A DNA stretch of 64,000 bases from assembly GCA_013239625.1 (NCBI GenBank), contig MU054187.1:3979757-4043756 (forward strand), given 5' to 3'. The notes under the pieces were generated by a model, which was not told the origin of the DNA, searched no databases, and was given only the letters and a program-made list of their open reading frames with translations. Each line of letters begins with the position of its first letter. Position 1 is the first letter of the stretch. This document shows, piece after piece, positions 50,456 through 61,775 of the stretch. The position numbers and the translations under genes are program-made. The DNA is from Lama guanicoe (taxonomy: Eukaryota).

Positions 50456-52014
50456 GTGTGTGTAGATGCAACCTGTGTGGCTCCGCCAGCAGAGGAGCCG
50501 CCGGCAGCTTGCCCCTGGCGGCCCCCTGACTCGCTCCAGGGGCATCTCCTCCGATGACTTTGCTTTGTGTTCCCCCACTGGAATCAGTCTCAGTCATGAC
50601 GCAACTGTGTGCCGAGTCCTGCGGGGGCCCTCGTCAGTGGTCACAGAGGGACGTGTTTCCGGGTCCCCGGGGTTCAGCATCCTTGGGAGCTGGTGGTACC
50701 TCCAGGGGAACGTCTCTGGCTCTGCATAGAAGAGAAAAGCATTTCCTGTGCCAGACAGGCATTGCGTCCTCACCCACCTCCTTTCTAGGAGGACGTGTCT
50801 CCGCCTGCCACTGGGCCACGGCCGTGGCTGGGCTGTTGGCCCTGCTGTTCTGGGCTGGCCACTGATTGGAAGAAGGGTGGACGTCAGACCCCAGCTGGGC
50901 CCATCACATATCCTTCCTCCAGATTTGCCTGAGAGCAGAGACGGGCTCAGCTAGGTACTGAAGGCTCGGAGGACCGCACGGACCTCTCCCTTTCTGCCTG
51001 CCCTTCATTAACCAAGTCGCTCAGTTGGTGCCTTTTCCCCAGGAAGGTCTCCCGCTCCCCTGCTTCAGAGAAGCATCGCACCTTGTTTTCCCTCCCTTAA
51101 TGTTCCTCACGTGTCGCTGAGCTTGCCTTATCCACACCTCCCTCCCCTCGGGCCTGGAAGGCAGAGGGACCCATGTCCAGGCTGTTTGCCTGTACCTTGG
51201 AGGCCAAGCACTTGGCCGGTTCACACGGGGAACTAAGGAGGGACTTGTGGAACATGCGACTGAGCAGCGTCTGTCCTCTGGGCCCATCCTGGGGGAAACC
51301 TTTGCAAGGTCTTCTTTGCTACAAATAAAGACCCCAAGACTGACTCACTTGGGCAGTGAATGCCCTACATCTATGCATTTTGGTGCAGAGGGATCTTTCT
51401 TTTTTTAACAGGTCAGACTGAAAGTGTACGTTTTTCCCCCCCAAAAAACGTGAGCTGCTGTCTGGCTCCACATAGCTCATACTGTGGACACGAGATATTT
51501 TTTCTGACCCTCTAGGTAAACCCAACATTGGGGATTTTCAACTTTGTGAAGTATGACTAATAACTTTTGAAAAGTGTGAAGAAAGTATATTAGAGAAGGA
51601 ATTTAGAGACAGAGGGAGTTTGCTTTCAGGAAGTTTAAGCTGATAACCTGAAGGACCTGGGGTTCTCGTATGTGCCTCTAGTAACTGCCGTGGAATGGCA
51701 GTCAGCAGTGTCCAGTGAGCCAGGCTCCATCTTAAAATTTATCACGAAAATGTGTCTAAGCGTTTTATTTATGAAGATGAGTGTCGTGCGGTGTCCGGGG
51801 CAGGAGACCAGGACACTCATTGACATGAAGGCCTCGGCCATTCCCGGTGGATGAGTCGTGCTTCCCATCACATGGAAACCAGAACCCGGGCTTCGAACTC
51901 GTTACTCCGAGGAGCGGACCCACGACACGATGGCAGAGCTTCATGATAAACCTTGAACCTGTACTTCTGTTCTCACTGCTGCTGGCTTAGTTTAGTTCCC
52001 TCTCCCAGCTTCAT

Positions 52015-52200
52015 TTTTCCTTTCGACAACATTCACTTGGTTCCTGCTATGCCCAGGCGCTGCTCTGGGCACCGGGAGCAGAGCAGTAAACAACCCAGCT
52101 ACTTCCCGAGTGTAATGGGCCTCACCCTCCAGGAGAAGAGACAGGAGCGGGAACAGAAGCAGCAGACGAATTTATAAAGGAAATGAAAGAGCGCGGTGTG
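52015..52200 (-). mobile_element. L2 3' fragment
   Basis: ttcgacaacattcacttggttcctgctatgcccaggcgctgctctgggcaccggga...cagtaaacaa. Confidence 0.6.
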
Positions 52201-54370
52201 GAAAGTTACGACTTCTAAGATCAGAGTTGGCGAAACACCAGCTCCATCCTGCGTGTAGAGAATTACCCAGCAGTGGAGCTGTGGTCCCGCGTGCTGTGTT
52301 CCCCTCGTCACAGGATGTTTCTAATACGGTTTTATGGCTTTTACTGTAATGGAGAACAGCAAATTACGCTTCAACCACAGGCAAAATTAAGTTAACTCAT
52401 GCTGTGATTGTTCATCTTAAGCAGCTGGTAAAATATTAATTGATGGTGAGGGATCAGAGTGCACAGTCACGTTGTCAGACTTCAGGGAGAACGGCCAGTA
52501 ACTTAGTAGCAATTTACCATCTAATATAATTAAGAGTGATTTTCTATTCTAGAACTCTCTCCAAATAATGCCTTCCTTTGCCACACTTAATGATTTGTGT
52601 CGGAGAAACACTGTATATCATTTTGGGAGCTCACTGAGTTATTATTTCATTACATTTATTGACACAGCCTTTCCACTAATGAATACAATCAGTTATAATT
52701 ATCTAGAATCTTTTTCCTTACAGAATTTCAAATTTTTAGGTGGCATTAAATTACACTGTCAACGTGTCAATGATTATATCATACAATGCCTTATTCTCTC
52801 TGAGATACAATTTTCGTAAGACTAGTACTTGATTGACCTAATTTAGTTCTTTCTTTATTGTAGAATTGGTTCAAAAATGGCTTCCTGGATTCACCATTCT
52901 TATTTTATTTTTCCTTAGTATATACTGAGAGTAAGTGTGGGAAATAGGGTCATTTTTCCTTCCCATCCTGCAGCAATATGTGCTTCACTTTATGCCAGTG
53001 AACTTCCCCTTATGTAGCAGGACCTGTTGATAGTCTTTACAATAAAAAGTGAAAAAGAGGTGACCCTCCCAATTTCCAATTTATGTTTGTCACCCATAAT
53101 ATTTTACCAACCTTGTAGCTTGCACCAACACCGTTTTCTGCTCAAATCTGTTCTCCTGTTCCAATGCACTTGGGAACTTGAAAATATTTTTTGAACATTG
53201 TTCAGAAAGTCTTTCCCAAGAATCAGAACAGAATTTAGTCTTCCAGGTGGAAATGCTGGAAGTGTCTTTGATTCTTTTTCTTTTGCTCTTTATTTAGTCA
53301 CCATGTTTTATTTCCTCCAGAGCTCTTCTTAAGTTGTTTTCCCTCTGTCCTCACTTTCAGCGCCCCTCCTGCCCCCTCATCCCACCCCATCACTGTCTCC
53401 TTGGTTTCGATGTTGCCTTCAAGCCCCACATCCTGCCTGCTGTCTGTGTCTCTCCTCTTCCCATCAACCTGCGCGATGGAAGGAAAGGAGAGTGAGGGGA
53501 CAGTAGAGCGTGCCCTTCATCAGACGAAGACCGATCTGCGACCTTGCAGACAGAGGCATGTCCTTGTACCACAGGGAAACAGTAGATGTTCCCTTCATAT
53601 ATTGATAAATGTATAGTGACGAAGTGGCCGTGCACATCCCTTTTCTGTCCTCAGTGTCATCCTTACTTTCAGGATGCAAAGTTCCAGTTCAAATGGAGAC
53701 GCTTATGTCTAAAGCACAGCGAGATCCTGCCAGGCGGTCATGCTGCCATCACTCGGGATGGCAACAAGAAAAACTGAGAGACCTTTTCAGCCTCAGGAGG
53801 AGAGCAGTGCTGCATCATTCATTCTAACTCAGGCTGAGACAAACACAATGTTCTCATTAACATTTCTTCTACATCTTTACAATATACGGCGCTACCACGG
53901 TTAGAGAGAGATAGCCCTGCAAATTAATTCTCAAACATCAAGGGGCTGATGACGATCTTCATGGATTTTTCAGGACCATTTTTCAAGAGGCTTTTGTCCA
54001 TGTCACCGTGCGCGCACATCTCACAGAAAGAGATGGAGCAGAAAAGTGGACGCGCAACTGAAAGTTTTAATGGGGATACACACGCAAACATACTGCTAAA
54101 GTCACATTCGGAAGAAATCCGCAGTTTCAGTTACTCACACCTCATCAGTAATCTCCATGCCTACTGGTAATTAAGGACTGGTTTAAAGTAGCAAGTCAGA
54201 GAATGGCATTGAAGTAAGCAAGGAGCCCTCTTTGACCAGCAGCGCGGTTCTGTGTGACTCATTTTCCACCCACTATTTTCCTAGATCTTGAGAAGAAAGT
54301 TAATCTCTTTCATTTGGACCCTTCTTGGTGGATTTAAATTTCTAGATGATATTAAAATGGAGCTTTTGCA

Positions 54371-54488
54371 TATGCGTGACTGGTACACACCAGAAACTGA
54401 CACGGTGTAAACTGATTGTACTTCAATAAAATAAGTACATAAATAAAAATGGGATGAATAAAACAGATGTTGAGGGAATTCAGAAAGA
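54371..54488 (+). mobile_element. Very short L1 3' insertion with 17-bp TSD and extra 3' sequence
   Basis: TSD AAAATGGAGCTTTTGCA at 54354-54370 and 54489-54505; TT/AAAA endonuclease site at 54352-54357; L1 tail tacacaccagaaactgacac..tgtaaactgattgtacttcaataaaa. Confidence 0.9.
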
Positions 54489-54939
54489 AAAATGGAGCTT
54501 TTGCAATCCAACTTTACAGATCTTTCTAGAATGACAATATGAGTGATATAAATTGACAAGTCTCAAAGAGAGGATGGGTTTTATCCCATTTTAATGATAG
54601 AAGTGAACCTCCATTTGGTGCTGTTAAATGATGTAAGAATGGATGAAAGAACTTTCCCTTTGTAAACCCCCCCCCACTTGCTAGGGGAGACCAGAGGCTC
54701 TTCCTCCATGTGAAGGAAATGTATTTGTCTCATTTGTCTCATTGACACTGGAGCTGCCCACGTGGAGTGGTTTAGGATGGGCTGAGCCAGGTCTGCGGGC
54801 AGAGCGGCACCGTCTCTGCTGGGCAGTCAGGGCAGGTGCAGGCCTGTGTGGGTAGCACCTCCTCTCCCGGTACCTGTGAAGCATGTTCTTGGCAGACCCC
54901 CTAGTGCAGGTAACACGTGAACCCCACTGAAACAACTGT

Positions 54940-55620
54940 TGTTATGGGTGGAATGTATGTGTCCCCCAAATTTAAATGTTGAAGTCCTAGACCCAGAAGA
55001 GGTAATTAAGGTTAAATGCGGTCGTAAGGATGGGGCTCTGTGTTAGTCAGCTCAGGCTGCTGTAACAAATGCCACGGACCGTGTGGCTTAGATAACAGAA
55101 ATTCATCTCTCACTGTTCTGGAGTCCCGGAAGTCCAGGTCAAAGTGCTGGCTGATCTAGTTTCTGGTGAAACTCTCTTCCTGGCCTATAGACAGCCGGCT
55201 TCTCTGTGTCCTCACATGACGGCGGGGGGGTGGGGGGTGGTTCTGGCGTCTCTTTTCTTGTAAAGGCATCAGCTCAAGTGGGTCAAAGCCCCATCTCCAA
55301 AGACTGTAGCATTGGTTGGGCAGGGGGCAGGGAGGGTAGTTAGGGCTTCAACATACGAATTTGGAGGGAACACAGTTCAATCCATAGCAGGCCTTGATCT
55401 AACAGGATTAGTTAAGATTAGATCTCTTATAAGAAGAGAAACCAGAGGGCTCGCTCCATCTACAAGCCAAGACGCGCGCTCTCGCTGAGAATCGAATTGG
55501 CTGGAAACTTGCTCCTAGAATTCTAGCCTCCAGAACTGAAAGAAGTAAATGTCTGTTGTTTAAAGCCACCTAGTCTATGGTCTTTTTTTTTTTTCCTGGC
55601 AGTACAAGCAGACTAAGACA
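54940..55620 (+). mobile_element. MLT1A-like LTR, split by a nested LTR
   Basis: tgttatgggtggaatgtatgtgtcccccaaattt...gaggtaattaaggttaaatg; resumes ~55390 and ends tagcctccagaactg...tgttgtttaaagccacctagtctatgg...gcagactaagaca. Confidence 0.85.
55039..55389 (-). mobile_element. MLT1A-like LTR nested antisense
   Basis: TG...CA ends (tgtgttagtcagctcaggctgctgtaacaaa ... tagggcttcaacatacgaatttggagggaacacagttcaatccatagca); degenerate 5-bp TSD GGCTC/GGCCT. Confidence 0.85.
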
Positions 55621-55649
55621 AGATAGGGATGATTTTTTATTATCCCCAT

Positions 55650-55843
55650 TTTGTTTATTTTATTTTTTGAAGCTTAGTTGATTTACAATGTTGTGTTAGT
55701 TTCTGGTGTACAGCATTGAGGTTCAGTTTTATATATCTACATATAGATATACAGATAGATATTCCTTTTCATATTCTTTTTCATTGTATATTGTTACAAG
55801 ATATTTGTGTGTTGCCCTGGTGTTCACACTGGGGTCCTGGCTG
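55650..55843 (-). mobile_element. Artiodactyl-type L1 3' end
   Basis: ttgaagcttagttgatttacaatgttgtgttagtttctggtgtacagca...ttacaagatatttg. Confidence 0.85.
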
Positions 55844-57928
55844 TAGATGACATATGACATCACCTACGCAGAGCAGCCCAGTCTCTTCTACCGGAAGTGC
55901 CTTTATGTCCATAAGTCCCTGGGCCTCTGTCCTCTTGTCTCTTTCATCCCCCAGCCCTTCCAAACCAGCCAGTCCCCATCCCCTCTTCCAGAATCACCTG
56001 GCTCCCTGTTTATTCTCTTTACAGTCATCTGTCTTTGTCTCTGTGTTGCACCTGCTTCTCTGGGTCATTATCTTTTGATTAACAAGTACTCACCTTTTCC
56101 CTAAAAAGAGCCTCTCTTGTAATTTGAAATATCTCTAATATATATATTGTCTCTGACGTGGCTGTCGACCCTTTCTTTTTGTATTTCTGCTATGACAACC
56201 CTGTTCCTTCCCAAGGAAGTCTGTTGTGCCCTTGGCTGAAATGGGAAGTGTCACAGCCAAGAGCCTGTGAACAAAAAAAGTGCCTTAACATTTCAAGGTG
56301 TTATTTCCTTCCTTCCAATACTAAATGGAAAGACATATCCCTGATTTCAAAAGGTTTATAGGCAGGAGAAGGCAATGTACAACATAGAAATGACTGTGAC
56401 ACAAATAGAGCATGCTCAACACTGTGAAAGAAGTTCAGTGATACTCTGAAATAGGAAACTGCTTAAAACAAGGAAGCTTGGGGAAAGTTGTGTAGAAAAT
56501 GTGTTAACTTAAACCTTGAAGGCTGAATAAGACTCTGAAAATGAAACATGATAAATAAGGCATCTCAGGAGAAGAAAACTATAAGAAAAATGTACAAGAA
56601 GTGAAAAATATTCTTGTATTCTTTAGTAAAAATGTTCTATAAATGTGCTCATTACAAGGATGCCTTTTCTTTTATTTAAAGCAATTTTATCTGGAATTCT
56701 ACTTGGAAACCGTCTGTTAGTTACTGTCTGTATTACTGCTTACACTTGAGAGTTTAAAGAAAGCTCTTTATTTAAAACATTCTTATTCAGGCACTTCATT
56801 AGCCCATTTTTCCCCCTCACATATTCACTATTTAGTTACATAAAAACTTGACTTTATTAAGAGAGAAGTGTTTCCACTTTTACTCAAGAATCCCCACCAC
56901 CCACTTTTATCAGTGAGGGCAGTCTTTGCCATCAGTTTCTGCTGCGGTAGAATCCAAAGCTCTTTTGATTCAAAGACTGGAGAGACTCAGTCAAGTTGCC
57001 TCCAGCAATGGAGAAGAGGCGGTTAATAGACTGTATGTGCACAGGTCTCAGGGAAATCCCAAACTGCTGGGCTGGGAGAGGCAAGGCACTGTGCCGCGCT
57101 CCACGGCAGCACCACCAATATGACCCAGCTCCTCTCTGTCCTCTGTCTTCACCTGCTTCCGTGTTTCTGCGTCCTTGTAACCCTGCCTCCCCCACCATGA
57201 CTTCCCTGGCCCCTGTCTATATCATAACCTTCCAGCTCCAACAATCAGAAACTCAATTTGAAAATTTAAGTTATCTGATGACTTTGCTTATCATTTTGTA
57301 CCAGCCTGTATCTAGTCTGTTATCCATACTCTGGACCAGTAATCCTTGTGTCTGACATCCGTCTCTGGGGCAGTCAGCTTGGCTGGGGAGGCGGGGGAGA
57401 CATGGGTCCCCAGCCTCTAGAAAGCGTTCTTGTTAGCAGGAGCTGGAAAAGAAGGTTTCACTTGGGATGGAGTAGAGTCTGAAAAGTGTTAGGGTGGGCA
57501 TCTTTGTCACAGGTGCAGAAATTCTGAGTAACTAAAAGTGAGACATACGTAAGTTTCCCGACTTCCGTATCTGGCTCAGTTAAAAAACAAGAGCAAAAAC
57601 AAAAACAAAAACCAAAGAGTTCTGTGCAGAAACCTGTAAAGCTGCTCATTCACATGAAAGCACACGCCACCCTGACATCAGGACGTGTTTCAGAGTCAAG
57701 CCCTTTTAGGCTGAGGCACAGTGGAAGCGAGAGTTAGCTGTGTTTCTTGTTATCTGCACTGGTGCGGAAGTCTCAGCAGACAAGCAGAGACAGAAGAGAG
57801 CACGCAAGAGGCTGGACACCTGGGCCCTTTGCTTAAATCACAATCTGCTTTGTTTTTCTTAAACTTTCAAGGGAGGATTGTTCAAATGCTGTAGCGGTTC
57901 CCTACCTTATGTGATGCATGATGTAAAG

Positions 57929-58274
57929 TGATACAGACTGAATGTTTGCGTTCTCCTAAAATCCGTGTGTTAAACTCTTAACGCCCAGTGCGATGGTGTT
58001 TGGAGATAAAGCCACTGGGAGGTGCTTAGGTCACGAGGGCAGAGCCCTTATGAACGGGATTAGTGATTTTATAAAAGAGACCCCATAGAGCTTCTCTGCC
58101 CCTTCTGCTAACTAAGAACACAGCCGTCTGTGAACCAGAAAGCCGGCCCTTACCGGACTCCAAATCTACTGGCACCTTGACCTTGAACTTCCCAGCCTCC
58201 AGAACTGTGAGGAAGACATTTCCATTGTTTACAAGGCGCCCAGCCTGTGGCAGGAGCCCAAATGGACAAAGCCA
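57929..58274 (+). mobile_element. MLT1A0-like solo LTR
   Basis: tgatacagactgaatgtttgcg...ttaggtcacgagggcagagcccttatgaacgggattagtg...ggcaccttgaccttgaacttcccagcctccagaactgtgag. Confidence 0.88.
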
Positions 58275-58505
58275 GGAAGTAAGCGTGCTGTGAGATGAGA
58301 GACTAGTCACACTGCGGTTTGGCTTATTTTTCCTTTTCAATGATTTATTTTCATTTGAAGTTGAAATTTAAGAGGAAGCCTACAGAATAAAAAAAATTTT
58401 TTTTGCTTAATTATTTTCCTTTATTTGATTTTAATTATTTTAAAATATTTTAACCAGAAGAGTTTACAGTTTTATACAGTTATATCTATCAACTAGAATT
58501 TCCTC

Positions 58506-58565
58506 TTTTTTTAAAACTTTTTTTTATTGAGTTATAGTCACTTTACCATGTTGTGTCAAATTCCA
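58506..58565 (-). mobile_element. Minimal camelid-type L1 3' tip
   Basis: ttttttttattgagttatagtcactttaccatgttgtgtcaaattccag, the same family end as at 22800. Confidence 0.75.
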
Positions 58566-58959
58566 GAATCAATATATTACACGTAGTAGATCTTAAATTC
58601 GATTTTCATTTAGAAGCTTTGCCTTACCATGTAGCTGGAAGTAAAGTCAAAAGAGGGCTGCGTGTGGAACCGGGTGCGAGAACTCTCGCCCTGATTTTGC
58701 CAGGAGTGCTCTGCTTTCCCGCCTCTCCCTGGGCCATGGCTTCCTCGAGTCTGGAATGAAAGGGTTAAACCAGGTGGCCCCTGAGCCTTCCCCCAGCCCT
58801 GAGAGTGGGCCACGGGACCAGGCTGCCTAGGTCCTCCCCACCTCCTCTGCTGCTCAGCTCGCTCCCACATAAGCTGTGATGTAGGGGAGACAGAGTTCTC
58901 AGAAGCCTGGGAACTGTCTTCTTGCTTAATTTTTGTTTTTAATTGTCACTTGACTTTGC

Positions 58960-59237
58960 TAAATGAAAGCAACCAGACTGAAAAGCTACGCACTGCTTTG
59001 TCCATTGATACGCCGTCCTGGGAAAGGACAAAGCGTACTGATGGAGATTAGATCCGAGGTTGCTGGCGGGCTGGGGTTTGGGAGATGTTTGCAGATGGCT
59101 ACGTGTGGGAAGCACGAGGGAACTTTCGGAAGTGGGGGAACTTTATCCTGAGTAAGGTTGATGATGGCTCGAGTCAAACCTCACAGACCCAGATCCCAAC
59201 AAGGTAAATGTTGCTGTATGTAAATTATAATATAAAA
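58960..59237 (+). mobile_element. L1ME-like 3' UTR fragment
   Basis: aaatgaaagcaaccagac...gaaaggacaaa...gattagatccgaggttgc...cacgagggaactttc...ttgctgtatgtaaattata. Confidence 0.7.
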
Positions 59238-60044
59238 TCTAGAAAGCTCATCACCGACAGACATTTCATCATGTATAAATGCCAGTGTGTTAAAATGATT
59301 CATTACCCCCTTGGACGCTGTGCCTTCAGTGATAACACAAGTGTTTTTCCTCATCACCAGCCAGATGGCTTCGGTTTTAGTGCCCTCCTATGCCCCCAGT
59401 ACTGACCTATTTTTCTAAGAGAGAATTTGGAATTCCTGCTGCTCAGGATAATGAGGTGGAAACGTCTCGCCTCTCGGGGTGCAAGTCCGGCCCTCCAGCG
59501 AGCCTGCGCTGGGATGGCCGGCAATGACACGGTCCTCAAGGGCTGCGATTTTCCACTTGAGCCCGGACTGAATCTGTGATTGTGACCACTGGTGAAGGCT
59601 GGCGATTACACGCGGAGAGCAGCACAGCAGTAGTCGATTAAAGGGAAGTTCTTCTCTGTGCAGTCTAACTGAGAAGGTGGTTGGACTCCTCAAGAGCACG
59701 GGGTGTAAAACTTCCTTTGGAATTCTGGCGTTGTGTGTTAGTTTTGAAGTTTCCAGTGTCGCTTTGTCCTGGCACAGACAGTGGACGCTGATTTTCATGG
59801 GGTTGGGGGGAGATTTGTGTAATTTAACCTCTTCCTGGGAAAAGAGAAGTTAAGGGTTACCTGGATGTCACATCCTGTCCCTGCGCCTTGTCTCGTATCG
59901 TCCTGCCATTTTCCCTGCTGTGTGCACCACCCGGCGCTCTGCCACGTAATCAGCCTGTGACTTTTGCCAGCGTGGGGTTGCACAGACGGTCCTGACTCAT
60001 CGTGGGGCTGTGAAGTTAAAACAACAACAACCGACAGTATAAGA

Positions 60045-60230
60045 AGACCTGTGTCTTCTCCCAGCTCAGCTGCTGGCTGGCTGGCATTCTTGGGATGAGT
60101 CCCTAAATCTCTGTGAGTCTCATTTTCTTTTCATTAAAAATTGAAATAATCATTGTTGTACTTGCTCAAAATGGTTTTGAAAGCATATCAAAATAAGCAA
60201 ACACCATACAAGGGTCTGCTGTTGTTGTTA
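60045..60230 (+). mobile_element. MIR fragment
   Basis: tcccagctcagctgc...ttgggatgagtccctaaatctctgtgagtctcattttctttt. Confidence 0.6.
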
Positions 60231-61569
60231 TAATCATAAAGGGGGTGAAGAATTGGGACCCAAGGGGTAAAGAGTCAGATGGAAAAAGCAAAGTCATTTT
60301 TCTCCCCATTTCTGAGACTTGACATTGAGTCCAGACAACTGACCGCAGGTTCAATGCTCCATTTTCCCTCCTCCTTCCCATTCTGACTTCCTGCACTCGG
60401 GTTCAGGCCCAGGACTGCACCCCTGAGCTACTGCAGCAGCACCAGCCTCCCTGGCAGGCCCTCAGTGCACCAGGTGGAAAGCGTAACTTGCACCATCTTC
60501 CTAACCATCTCCTGCTTAGAATGTCACCTGCTCAGATGTCACTCTGCCTGCCCAGGACAAGTCCAAACGTGATCCTACGTCACTCCATGAAATCAACACA
60601 TGCAACCCGATAAACGTTGTCTTTACTTCCTCTCGTATGACAGATTTGCCAAGAATCTGAATCATCTCTGACTCTCAGGATTTCGTGAACGTTTTTCGTA
60701 CTACAGAATATACATAAAATTAAAACGCGTTTCAGCAGTGTTTCAGCCCAGTCTTGAGACTTCGGGCTTAATTTCCACAACGTGTCTTCCACAAGCCCTT
60801 CACAAAGCTTTGCTCTGAAGACAGTCACAGCAGGGGTCTAATACACCTTCAGCACATCTTTGCTTAAGTAATTTCTCGTAAGAGTCATCAAATTCAAAAT
60901 GAAGTATCAGGTTTGCAGTCTTCCCTGGGCACTTTTTCTTTTCATGAAGAAATTGAGTAAGCTCTTGATGAAGCAATTCTTTTTAACTGCCAAACAATAT
61001 ATCCTTTTTTTTCCTAAAAAATTAACGTGTTTAGTAGACAACAAAATAAATTGCATGATGAGAACCTAACCAAGAAACGTGGCCCTTTTTGCAACTGCCC
61101 CGAGGAAAACTTCTTTCCTAAAATAATAGTTTGGGAGGGTTTTTCTTTTCCTGGATGTTAATTTCTCAAAGAAATTTTGTGGACAAAATGAAGTTGAGAG
61201 CCACCCCCCCAGCTTTGACAGTTATATTAAGTGGAAATGACATTGCTTATTAATCCTTTGACCTCTCTCGGGCTGTCTCTTCTGAATCAGTTGTGATATA
61301 CGATTTTCTGATTTTTGCCTGTTCTCTGATTCCTCCTTCAGCACGAGTGAAACCGTTGCTTAGTGAGAGAGAACTCTGCCGCAGACAGTTACCCAAACTA
61401 AGATCCTTCTGAATTAGTATCACAGCACATTACCCCGACTTTTTCTCCTGTGCACCAGAAGCACAAGATTATAAACACAACAGTAAATTTCCCTCAAGGC
61501 CCTGTTTTAACAGATTTAGGTGACATCTTGGTAATACTTTTTTTCTACATGCTGGAAAAAACAATTCCC

Positions 61570-61775
61570 CTATTTTATTGAAGTACAGTTAATTTACAAT
61601 GTTCTGTTAGTTTCTGGTGGACAGCACAGTGATCCAGTTATACACATATATAGATCCTTTTCCATAATATTTTCTTTTATGGTTTATTACAGGATATTCA
61701 GTACAGTTCCCTGTGCGAGTCAGTTGGACCTTGTTGTTTATCTATTTTATATGTTGTGTGTGTGTGTGTGTGTGT
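61570..61775 (-). mobile_element. Artiodactyl-type L1 3' end followed by (TG)n
   Basis: ttttattgaagtacagttaatttacaatgttctgttagtttctgg...gtttattacaggatattcagtacagttccctgtgc...ccttgttgtttatctattttatat, then about ten TG units. Confidence 0.85.

Noticed and set aside
49207..51287. Dense cluster of ORFs, including 205 aa at 49421-50038
   Set aside because: Low-information GC-rich translations in several frames on both strands, partly inside a MER68-like LTR; no protein family recognised.
60580..60700. Minus-strand exon candidate (TKNVHEILRVRDD...)
   Set aside because: The acceptor is plausible, but there is no good donor before the stop and I recognise no homology.
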